A stretch of DNA of 64,000 nucleotides from the NCBI GenBank assembly GCA_021813945.1, contig JAKAJD010000002.1, forward strand, positions 241,719-305,718, written 5' to 3'. Under the pieces are notes generated by a model, which had not been told where the DNA came from, did not search any database, and saw only the letters and a program-made list of their open reading frames with translations. The DNA comes from a bacterium. Its GTDB lineage: Bacteria; Patescibacteriota; Microgenomatia; Curtissbacterales; GWA2-41-24. Below are positions 9,366 to 17,544 of this stretch, piece by piece. Numbering within the stretch: position 1 is the stretch's first letter; each line of letters opens with the position of its first letter. The position numbers and the translations under genes were made by a program.

Positions 9366-10420
9366 AATTTGCTTGTATTTGTATTCGGACCTGGCGCTGC
9401 CATAATCCAGCTGTCATCAAGGGCGTTAACGTAAGCGAATAAATCTTCATCACTTTTGAAAACATAAACCGGCTCCAGATAGGCTTGAGAGACACCTGTT
9501 TCCAAATATGCAAGACTTACGCTTCTTATAGGAAAATTGGTGCCGGTTAAGACTTTATTGTAGGAAGCTTTTCCAGCCTTTAGGTCATCAAAAGCTTTTT
9601 GAACTCCTTTCAAAGGATAAGTGGAAAATTTATATTTTTGAATAGTGCGCAAAGAATCTTTGGCGGCGACAACTCCGTTTGCCGAAACCAAAACCCATAA
9701 ATTAGGGTTCTTCAAATTAGGATAAATTACAGGAATTTTATTTAAATCTGCTCTGCCAAAATTGACCTGTATCAAATTTGAAGCTGTCACAGAGGGAACA
9801 TCCGAAAGTTTGGTGCCGTCTACCTTTAAGTTAAAAGTTTTAATGTTCGCCTTCGGAAAATCCGAATCTGAAAGGCCAAAGCCATTGACATATCTTTTAG
9901 CACTAGAAATTGCCTCTTCTTCTGTTTTTGGATGGCCTGAAAGGACTTTCTGGTTATTAAAATAATCGGAACTGACGCTAAAATTTTTTGAAACCGTATC
10001 TATTGTTAAAGTTGTTCCTGTTTGTGAGTTCACAAAAGTTGCTTTTGTACCAATTGTTCCTGTCTGGTCGCGAAACCCTCCCGCTATAGCCAATTTTTTT
10101 GTTTCCTCCAAATCGCCAAAAGAGGGTAATGGTTGCTTAATTCCAAAAACATTTACGATAGAAGGCAAAGCCGGTAAATTTCCGCTTATAGTTTCTAATG
10201 TGTAACTAACATTAGCAGGCGCAGGAACTCCCTCACTAAAACTAACAGGCGGCAATTTTCCAAAAGCGGCTATTGCTACAATTGGAGGTGGGAAAAGAGA
10301 GTCCCTGAGTGATGCGCTGAAAGTATATGCCAAAAATCCCGCAAGAGCGACACTTAAAACTATCATACTCACAACAAATGCTTTGCGGGAAAACTGGGCA
10401 GTGGCAGTTAAATTGGCCAT
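9362..10420 (-). CDS. hypothetical secreted/membrane-anchored protein
   Basis: 352 aa, N-terminal TM helix, no recognisable catalytic motifs. Confidence 0.4.
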   Translation of the reverse strand: MANLTATAQFSRKAFVVSMIVLSVALAGFLAYTFSASLRDSLFPPPIVAIAAFGKLPPVSFSEGVPAPANVSYTLETISGNLPALPSIVNVFGIKQPLPSFGDLEETKKLAIAGGFRDQTGTIGTKATFVNSQTGTTLTIDTVSKNFSVSSDYFNNQKVLSGHPKTEEEAISSAKRYVNGFGLSDSDFPKANIKTFNLKVDGTKLSDVPSVTASNLIQVNFGRADLNKIPVIYPNLKNPNLWVLVSANGVVAAKDSLRTIQKYKFSTYPLKGVQKAFDDLKAGKASYNKVLTGTNFPIRSVSLAYLETGVSQAYLEPVYVFKSDEDLFAYVNALDDSWIMAAPGPNTNTSKF

Positions 10421-10498
10421 TTAATTGGGTATAATTACGTTGTGATACAATTTTAACCCGCTGGCAAAGCCACGGTCAATTGAATCAAGTTTAAGGTT

Positions 10499-10547
10499 AA
10501 GGACAGGCCTTAACCTTAAGCCTAATCAACGAAAAAGGCCTGCCCTT
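10499..10547. repeat. pair of 13-bp palindromic repeats (AAGGACAGGCCTT, AAGGCCTGCCCTT) at the gltX promoter, first copy embedded in a larger hairpin
   Basis: The same family as at 6881-7023. The second copy ends 9 nt before the gltX ATG. Confidence 0.6.
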
Positions 10548-10555
10548 TACATAAA

Positions 10556-11806
10556 ATGCAAAAAGTCAAAGTTCGCTACGGTCCATCTCCAACAGGAATT
10601 CCCCACATTGGAAACATAAGAACAGCTCTTTTTAACTTCCTTTTTGCTAAAAGCCAAAATGGCGAATTTTTCTTAAGGATAGAAGACACAGATCAAGCTA
10701 GAATTGTGCCTGGCGCTGTAGAAAAGATAAAAGATAGCCTCAAATCCCTAAATCTTGAATGGGATGCCGACATCGTCTACCAGTCAGAACGCCTCGATAT
10801 CTACCAAAAATATCTCAATGATCTTAAATCAAAGGATCTTGCTTATAACGATGAAGGTGCCTGGCGCTTTAAAATCCAAACCGACAAAAAGTCAGTCGGC
10901 TGGCAAGATGTTGTCCATGGAAAAGTCGAATTCCCGACAAATGTTATTGAAGATTTCATTATCATAAAATCCGACGGCTTTCCGACCTACCACTTTGCCT
11001 CAGTTGTCGATGATCACGAATTAGAAATCAGCCACGTAATGCGCGGCGACGAATGGATATCCTCAACACCAAAACATATTCTTCTATACGAAGCACTCGG
11101 CTGGGAGCATCCCCAGTTCGTCCACCTGCCCCCGATTCTAGGAGCCGACCATAAAAAACTTTCCAAACGAGAAGGAGCAAAATCAGTCTTAGAATATATA
11201 GACGAAGGTTATCTACCCGAAGCAATCACTAATTTCTTAGCACTCTTAGGCTGGTCGCCTAAAGGAAATCAGGAAATATTCTCACTCGACGATCTAATCA
11301 AAGAATTCTCACTCGATCGTATAAACAAAAACAGTCCCATTTTCAATATTGAAAAGTTAAATTGGACGAACGGCCAGTGGATCCGCAAATTGACCAATGA
11401 TGATCTATCCAACCGCCTTTCTATATACAATCCAAAATACGATCAAAAGATACTAAAGGATGTGACTCCTCTTATCAAAGACAGAATTAATAATCTTAAA
11501 GATATTAAGATTGCCGATCTGTTTTTCAAGGCACCTGATCCGAAAGACTTTAAGTTAACAATTTCAGAAGATATCCTTTTAAAACTCATAAAAAATTTTG
11601 AATCGGTAAAAACCTGGTCAACAGATAATATTAAAGAGTCCGCGAACTCCTTACTTGGCCCCAATCTTGAAAAAAAGGACCTGTACCAAAATTTGGGTCT
11701 CAGTCTCTCCGGATCAACAGTTACACCACCCCTATTTGACTCAATGGAAAATCTCGGCAAAGACGAAACAATAAAACGCCTGAAAGCCGCTATCAAGTCG
11801 CAATAG
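10556..11806 (+). CDS. gltX: glutamyl-tRNA synthetase (compact)
   Basis: HIGH motif (PSPTGIPHIGN), KLSKR (KMSKS) motif, class I catalytic core. Confidence 0.9.
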   Translation: MQKVKVRYGPSPTGIPHIGNIRTALFNFLFAKSQNGEFFLRIEDTDQARIVPGAVEKIKDSLKSLNLEWDADIVYQSERLDIYQKYLNDLKSKDLAYNDEGAWRFKIQTDKKSVGWQDVVHGKVEFPTNVIEDFIIIKSDGFPTYHFASVVDDHELEISHVMRGDEWISSTPKHILLYEALGWEHPQFVHLPPILGADHKKLSKREGAKSVLEYIDEGYLPEAITNFLALLGWSPKGNQEIFSLDDLIKEFSLDRINKNSPIFNIEKLNWTNGQWIRKLTNDDLSNRLSIYNPKYDQKILKDVTPLIKDRINNLKDIKIADLFFKAPDPKDFKLTISEDILLKLIKNFESVKTWSTDNIKESANSLLGPNLEKKDLYQNLGLSLSGSTVTPPLFDSMENLGKDETIKRLKAAIKSQ

Positions 11807-11828
11807 CTGGTATAATCCTCCTTTAAAT

Positions 11829-12494
11829 ATGAAAGTAAAAGGTAAATCAAAAAAACTATTGGTCGCCGTTTTTGCCCATCCGGACGATGAAGCCTTTGGC
11901 CCTTCAGGTACTCTTGCCAAATTTACCAAAACTCACGACGTTTATATTTTGTGTGCCACAAAAGGGGAAACCGGAATGGGCCCAAAATCTAATCTCGGCA
12001 AAATCCGCGCTCAAGAACTTAAAAACTCAGCCAAAATTTTAGGCATTAAAGACGTTTATTTTTTAGGTTTTAAAGATGGAACCTTATCCAATAATCTTTA
12101 TCACAAACTTGCGTCAAAAATCGAAAAAATTCTCAAACAACTAAAACCTGAAATTCTAATGACTCAAGAACCACAAGGTGTATCCGGCCACATTGATCAC
12201 ATCACTGTTTCCATGGTCACATCTTTTGTGTTTAATAAACTGCCGTTTGTAAAAACACTAATGTATTACTGCATTGACGAAAAAGCCGCAGCCAAAATGA
12301 AAAATTATTTCATTTATTTTCCTCCGGGATACAAAAGATCCGATGTCGACAAAGTAATCGACACAGCCAAATACTGGCACCTTAAAAAAGAAGCAATGAT
12401 GGCCCATAAATCGCAAGCAGAAGACGCCAAAACAGTCCTTTCCAGAATGGAGGATTTACCAAAAGAAGAATATTTCCTCATTAATACTAAATGA
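11829..12494 (+). CDS. PIG-L/LmbE-family N-acetylglucosaminyl deacetylase
   Basis: AHPDDE metal-binding motif; the fold is typical of the MshB/BshB/LmbE family. Confidence 0.7.
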   Translation: MKVKGKSKKLLVAVFAHPDDEAFGPSGTLAKFTKTHDVYILCATKGETGMGPKSNLGKIRAQELKNSAKILGIKDVYFLGFKDGTLSNNLYHKLASKIEKILKQLKPEILMTQEPQGVSGHIDHITVSMVTSFVFNKLPFVKTLMYYCIDEKAAAKMKNYFIYFPPGYKRSDVDKVIDTAKYWHLKKEAMMAHKSQAEDAKTVLSRMEDLPKEEYFLINTK

Positions 12495-13696
12495 AAATCT
12501 ATAATACTTTTTCAGACCAAAAAGAAACATTAAACCTTAAGGAAAAAATCGGCATTTACGTTTGCGGCATAACACCAGATGCCCCAACTCACTTGGGTCA
12601 CGCTTTTTTGTTCGTAACCTATGACACTCTCATTCGCTATTTAAGGTTTTTGGGTGCAAAAGTTACATATGTGCAAAATGTCACGGATATAGACGATGAC
12701 ATATTAATTCGCTCAAAAGCCGCTGGCCTCTCATGGAGGGCGATGGGTAATATTCAAACTAAAAACTACCTTAAGAACATGGACGCATTAAATGTCATAA
12801 GACCTGATATTTATCCAAAAGCCACACAAAATATCGGCCAAATGATATCAATCATTGAAAAACTCATTACAAAAAAACTGGCATATGTCAAAGAAGGTTC
12901 TGTCTACTTTGCTGTTTCGAAAGATAAAAACTTCGGCAAACTTTCAAAATACGGTTATCCGGCTATGTTGGAAATTGCCAATGAAAGAGGCAATTTTCCG
13001 CAGGATCCAAATAAAAACGACCCTTTGGATTTTGTACTTTGGCAAGCAAAAAAACCAGGTGAACCATCATGGTCTTCGCCATGGGGAGAGGGTAGGCCAG
13101 GTTGGCATATTGAATGTTCTACAATGTCAATGCATTTTCTTGGATCAACGGTCACAATTCACGGCGGAGGTCAGGATCTTATATTTCCACATCATGAAGC
13201 AGAAATTGCTCAATCCGAAAACGTAACCGGTAAAAAATTTGTAAAAATCTGGATGCACACCGCGATGGTTTTTTGCGAGGACAAAAAAATGAGTAAAAGC
13301 CTTGGAAATATGATTTTTATTTCTGATCTTCTTGAAAAATTTTCTTCAGATGTAATCCGCATTCAATTATTGTCTCATCATTATCGGACTGCATGGAATT
13401 ATGATGAAAAAGAGTTTGAAAATGCCAAAGAAACGGTGGAAATCTTCAAAAACCTGGCGAGAGATCAGGCCCTTTCAGCAAAAGGTCAGGCCTTGGCCAG
13501 TGCACAACGAGGAAAAAGGCCTGACCTTAACAAACTAAAAGCAGTCTTGCCTGATTTTTTCAAAGCCTTAGATGACGATTTTAATTCTCCTGCTGCAATC
13601 AGCATATTGGAAAAAGTAGCAAAATCAAAAAATTCAAAAACAAAATCCGCTGTAAATTTGGTCGCTCATCAAATCCTCGGTTTAAGGCAAATATAA
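12491..13696 (+). CDS. cysS: cysteinyl-tRNA synthetase (short C-terminus)
   Basis: CGIT...HLGHA, RYLRFLG, PGEPSW..GRPGWHIEC, HHEAEIAQSE, KMSKSLGN, DDDFNSP; start overlaps the PIG-L stop (ATGA). Confidence 0.9.
   Translation: MKIYNTFSDQKETLNLKEKIGIYVCGITPDAPTHLGHAFLFVTYDTLIRYLRFLGAKVTYVQNVTDIDDDILIRSKAAGLSWRAMGNIQTKNYLKNMDALNVIRPDIYPKATQNIGQMISIIEKLITKKLAYVKEGSVYFAVSKDKNFGKLSKYGYPAMLEIANERGNFPQDPNKNDPLDFVLWQAKKPGEPSWSSPWGEGRPGWHIECSTMSMHFLGSTVTIHGGGQDLIFPHHEAEIAQSENVTGKKFVKIWMHTAMVFCEDKKMSKSLGNMIFISDLLEKFSSDVIRIQLLSHHYRTAWNYDEKEFENAKETVEIFKNLARDQALSAKGQALASAQRGKRPDLNKLKAVLPDFFKALDDDFNSPAAISILEKVAKSKNSKTKSAVNLVAHQILGLRQI
13482..13528. repeat. pair of 13-bp palindromes (AAGGTCAGGCCTT ... AAGGCCTGACCTT) in-frame inside cysS
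   Basis: The two copies are reverse complements of each other and encode KGQALASAQRGKRPDL in the anticodon-binding region. Confidence 0.7.
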
Positions 13697-13746
13697 TTTT
13701 ACTTGTTGATTTAACCAGAAAAGTCAGTTATCCTACACAAATCTAA

Positions 13747-14199
13747 ATGCCAGCTAAAAAAGTCACTAAAACAAAAAAGGAAGTTAGCCCGCTTTTAAAA
13801 CTACCTTCCTCTCCAAAAAGAAAAATCTCAGTAAACTTTAAAGCAGTAGGCCTCACCCTAGCTATTATCTATTTAGTAATTTGGATTTTAATTGGTGCCT
13901 TTGTTGGACTAGTCATTATCCAAAGTTTAAGACAAGGTGCTTTTGCTGGTTTGTTTGGGCCAAGGGTTGCTGTCCCAACATCCGATAATTCCCAAGCCGC
14001 TTCGCAAACTATTATTCCCGGCATCGGACTTGTAGATGTAGCTTGCGTTAAACAAGCACTACCTCAAGATACGATTCAAAAAATTGTCACATCGGGTGAC
14101 GCATCGTCTCTTACGGCAGACGAAAAGACAAAACTGGAACCTTGCATCCTGCAAAAAGAAGCAGCGTCTCCAAGTCCAAGCGCATCTCCTTCTAAATAG
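13747..14199 (+). CDS. hypothetical membrane-anchored protein with an S/P-rich tail
   Basis: 150 aa, one TM helix. Confidence 0.4.
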   Translation: MPAKKVTKTKKEVSPLLKLPSSPKRKISVNFKAVGLTLAIIYLVIWILIGAFVGLVIIQSLRQGAFAGLFGPRVAVPTSDNSQAASQTIIPGIGLVDVACVKQALPQDTIQKIVTSGDASSLTADEKTKLEPCILQKEAASPSPSASPSK

Positions 14200-14233
14200 A
14201 TTTTAAAACTCAAGCTGTGATATAACTGAATTA

Positions 14234-14761
14234 GTGAGGATTCTGCCCGAACTTCCGATTTCTAAATTCCTTTTTAAAGACAGTCGCACCGCAATTTTCT
14301 GGCTTATTGTCCGCCTTTACGTCGGTTGGCAATGGTGGGAAGCAGGTTACGGGAAAGTTGTTGGACCCGGTAGTGACAAATGGGTGGGCAGTCATGCCGG
14401 AGCCGCAGTCCAGGGATTTTTAATGGGAGCGCTTAAAAAAAGCTCTGGTGCTCATCCGGATGTCCAAAGCTGGTACGCATCATTTATAAGTAATTTCGCC
14501 CTTCACCATACAGTTCTTTTCTCCTATATGGTTGCATACGGTGAATTATTTGTTGCAATCGGCTTAATTCTAGGTCTTTTTACTGGGCTTGCCGCATTTT
14601 TTGGTGGAGTTATGAACGTAAATTATCTGTTTGCTGGAACAGTTAGCACAAATCCGGTTCTTTTAATTTTGGAAATTCCTCTAATTCTTGCCTGGCGAGT
14701 TGCCGGCTTGATTGGTGTTGACCGCTACCTTCTCCCAAGGCTTTTCAAAAAGAAAAAGTAA
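14234..14761 (+). CDS. DoxX-family membrane protein
   Basis: Four TM helices; the RLYVGWQWWEAGYGKV start is typical of DoxX. TATAAC-N7-GTG leaderless-type start. Confidence 0.6.
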   Translation: MRILPELPISKFLFKDSRTAIFWLIVRLYVGWQWWEAGYGKVVGPGSDKWVGSHAGAAVQGFLMGALKKSSGAHPDVQSWYASFISNFALHHTVLFSYMVAYGELFVAIGLILGLFTGLAAFFGGVMNVNYLFAGTVSTNPVLLILEIPLILAWRVAGLIGVDRYLLPRLFKKKK

Positions 14762-14821
14762 TTTAGCGGTTCTTTTTCATCCAATCATGCGCAAAGGAAA
14801 CATTATACTCTCGAACTTAAG

Positions 14822-14983
14822 TTATTTGGCACCCGTTTGTTTTAAAATGGTGTCAATTGCGTCATTTTCTTTGACGCCCTGATGAGAATGGTCGCTTTGG
14901 TTATGAGCTACGTGATAGTCTGCATCTGACTGGCTATTTGCAACATAACCGCAAGCAGGACATTTCCAGTAATACTCCGCCAC
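14822..14983 (-). CDS. possible small CPxCG zinc-ribbon, His-rich protein (53 aa)
   Basis: GTG start with GAGGGGG SD 8 nt upstream; WKCPACGY and an HxxHxxxxHxH stretch. Confidence 0.25.
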   Translation of the reverse strand: MAEYYWKCPACGYVANSQSDADYHVAHNQSDHSHQGVKENDAIDTILKQTGAK

Positions 14984-15091
14984 GCTTATCACCCCCTCTA
15001 AAATGACAATATAGCGAGGCTGAAAAAGACTGAGATGATAGAAAAGTAAGGATTTTGTAATAGACAAATTTGAATTAAACCTAAGAAGTGC

Positions 15092-15097
15092 TACAAT
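15092..15097 (+). promoter_or_regulatory. extended -10 (TGcTACAAT) 7 nt upstream of the dapL ATG; leaderless-type promoter
   Basis: TGCTACAAT-N7-ATG. Confidence 0.4.
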
Positions 15098-15104
15098 TTG
15101 CGCC

Positions 15105-16298
15105 ATGGCGACTGTAAACTCAAACTATGATAAGTTGCCTGCCATCTATCTTTTTAGCGAAATAGCCAGAAAAACCGCTGCTTTTGCCAAAAAGAATGCC
15201 GGCGTAGAAATTTTGAAGCTTGGAATTGGCAACACGACGGAACCGATTGGTACGACAATTATTTCCGGCTTTAAAAAAGGCGTCGAAAAATTATCTAAGA
15301 CATCGACGTATTCGGGTTATGGAGACGAGCAAGGCGATCTGCGTTTAAGGAGCGCATTATCAAATTGGTATAAAAAATCAAAAATTCGAATTGACCCCTT
15401 AGAAATTTTCATTTCCGACGGGGCAAAATCTGATTCGGCAAATATTCAATCCATTTTCGGTCCTACTACAAAAGTTGCAATCTGCGATCCGGTCTATCCG
15501 GTTTATAAAGACAGTAATGTAATAGCAGGAAGAAAAGTAATTTATATGCCTTGCAACGAAAATAATGGTTTTTTCCCGGATGTGCCAAAAGAAAAAGTTG
15601 ATTTAATTTATATTTGCAGCCCTAATAATCCTACGGGAGCAGTCGCAACTCAACCGCAACTTAAAAAATTTGTGAATTTTGCCACAGCAAAAAAAGCTGT
15701 AATTATTTTTGACGCTGCTTATTTTGCCTATATCAAAGATCCAAAATTTCCAAAAAGCATCTATGAAATTCCGGGTGCCAAAAAATGCGCAGTCGAAATT
15801 AATAGCTTTTCAAAATGGGCTGGTTTTACTGGCGTGCGTCTAGGTTGGACAGTAGTTCCAATGGATTTAATCTGTCAAAATGCCAAACGGGGTAAGCTAA
15901 ATTCTCTTTGGAATAGAAGACAAACAACCATGTTTAACGGCGCTTCTAATATTGTACAAGAGGGAGGATTAGCGGCTCTTACTCAACAGGGACAAAAAGA
16001 AAGTCAGAAAGTTGTAAATTACTACATGGAAAATGCAAAACTTATAAAAAAAACACTTGAAAGAACAGGTCTTAAAGTATACGGTGGTCAAAACGCACCA
16101 TATATTTGGCTTAAAGTACCAAAGGGTATGACATCTTGGAATTTTTTTGACAAGCTTTTGGAAGAAGCCCATATCGTCGGAACTCCCGGTTCAGGCTTTG
16201 GGCCAAGTGGCGAAGGTTTTTTTAGGCTCAGTGCTTTTGGACACCGCCAAAACATTCAAAAAGCCCTAAGATCAATCGAAAAAAACCTAAAAATATGA
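15105..16298 (+). CDS. dapL: LL-diaminopimelate aminotransferase
   Basis: N-terminal NSNYDKLPAIYLFSEIARK...LGIGNTTEPI matches the DapL signature; class I aminotransferase fold. Confidence 0.8.
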   Translation: MATVNSNYDKLPAIYLFSEIARKTAAFAKKNAGVEILKLGIGNTTEPIGTTIISGFKKGVEKLSKTSTYSGYGDEQGDLRLRSALSNWYKKSKIRIDPLEIFISDGAKSDSANIQSIFGPTTKVAICDPVYPVYKDSNVIAGRKVIYMPCNENNGFFPDVPKEKVDLIYICSPNNPTGAVATQPQLKKFVNFATAKKAVIIFDAAYFAYIKDPKFPKSIYEIPGAKKCAVEINSFSKWAGFTGVRLGWTVVPMDLICQNAKRGKLNSLWNRRQTTMFNGASNIVQEGGLAALTQQGQKESQKVVNYYMENAKLIKKTLERTGLKVYGGQNAPYIWLKVPKGMTSWNFFDKLLEEAHIVGTPGSGFGPSGEGFFRLSAFGHRQNIQKALRSIEKNLKI

Positions 16299-17542
16299 CC
16301 AAAAAAACTTTACCTTTCACGAAAGTCCAAATCGAAAAGATTATCAGGGATTATCCAACACCCTTTCACATATACGACGAAAAAGCTATTCGAAAAAATG
16401 CCAAACATCTGTTAAAAACTTTTTCATGGAATAAGGGCTTTAGAGAATTTTTTGCGGTTAAAGCTTGTCCTAATCCTTACATTTTAAAAATCCTAAAAGA
16501 GGAAGGTTTTGGTGCAGACTGCAGCTCGCTCCCAGAACTGTTGCTTGCAGAAAAAGTCGGTATTGTCGGCGAAAAGATCATGTTTTCCTCAAACGAAACG
16601 CCCGCACGAGAATATCAAAAAGCCGTAGAACTTGGCGCTATCATTAATCTCGACGATATTACTCATTTACAATATTTAGAGAAAAACGCAGGCCTGCCTG
16701 GTCTTATCTGCTTTCGTTATAATCCTGGTCCACTAAGACGCGGCAATACCATAATTGGAAAACCCGAAGAAGCAAAATACGGTTTAACAAAAGAACAACT
16801 GTTCAAAGGATATCAAATTGCTAAAGAAAAGGGTGTAAAAAGATTCGGAATCCATACTATGGTTGCGTCAAACGAGCTAAATCCAGCTTACTTTATTGAA
16901 ACTGCAAAAATGCTGTTATCTTTAACTAATGAAATCTCCAAAAAACTAAGCATCAATTTTGAATTTATAAATATCGGCGGTGGAATAGGAATACCTTACA
17001 AGTTGGATCAAAAAGCTGTCAATTTAGAAACCGTCTCAAAAGGTATAAAAAAACTTTTTCAAAAGTCCGGTAAAATCAATAACCCTAAACTAAAGCTCTA
17101 CATGGAAAATGGACGGATGATCACAGGTCCATATGGATACCTGGTAACAACGGCTCTTCACAAAAAAGAGATTTATAAGAATTACATAGGGGTTGACGCT
17201 TGTATGGCAAATTTAATGCGGCCTGGAATGTATGGGGCCTATCATCACATTACAGTTTTAGGAAAAGAAAAAGCCCAAAAATCCCAAACATACGATGTCG
17301 TTGGGTCACTTTGCGAAAACAACGATAAGTTTGCAATAGACCGCAAACTCCCTAAAATTGAAACAGGAGATATTCTAGTAATTCACGACACGGGTGCGCA
17401 CGGTTTTGCAATGGGTTTCAACTACAATGGAAAATTAAGATCGGCTGAACTTCTTCTAAAGCCAGACGGCAAAGTTATCAAAATTAGAAGGGCAGAAACG
17501 GTAGAAGATTATTTCAGCACCTTAGACTTTTCAAAATTATAA
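16295..17542 (+). CDS. lysA: diaminopimelate decarboxylase (Orn/DAP/Arg decarboxylase family)
   Basis: Fold-type III PLP decarboxylase motifs (FAVKACPN; GGGIGIPY; C-terminal domain). Confidence 0.8.
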   Translation: MTKKTLPFTKVQIEKIIRDYPTPFHIYDEKAIRKNAKHLLKTFSWNKGFREFFAVKACPNPYILKILKEEGFGADCSSLPELLLAEKVGIVGEKIMFSSNETPAREYQKAVELGAIINLDDITHLQYLEKNAGLPGLICFRYNPGPLRRGNTIIGKPEEAKYGLTKEQLFKGYQIAKEKGVKRFGIHTMVASNELNPAYFIETAKMLLSLTNEISKKLSINFEFINIGGGIGIPYKLDQKAVNLETVSKGIKKLFQKSGKINNPKLKLYMENGRMITGPYGYLVTTALHKKEIYKNYIGVDACMANLMRPGMYGAYHHITVLGKEKAQKSQTYDVVGSLCENNDKFAIDRKLPKIETGDILVIHDTGAHGFAMGFNYNGKLRSAELLLKPDGKVIKIRRAETVEDYFSTLDFSKL

Positions 17543-17544
17543 AA

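Noticed and set aside
11829-13696. A PIG-L deacetylase + CysRS-like pair as an MshB/MshC mycothiol-type ligase module
   Set aside because: The 401-aa protein shares more specific motifs with bona fide CysRS than with MshC: RYLRFLG, HHEAEIAQSE, WMHTAMV, KMSKSLGN, HHYR..NY and DDDFNSP. It also retains the helical anticodon-binding region. The shorter length comes from a missing non-essential C-terminal extension.
14762-15104. A lysine riboswitch upstream of the dapL-lysA-lysC operon
   Set aside because: A -10 box sits 7 nt from the ATG, so the leader is only a few nucleotides and there is no room for an L-box. The same holds for an FMN riboswitch upstream of ribH at 36272-36322.
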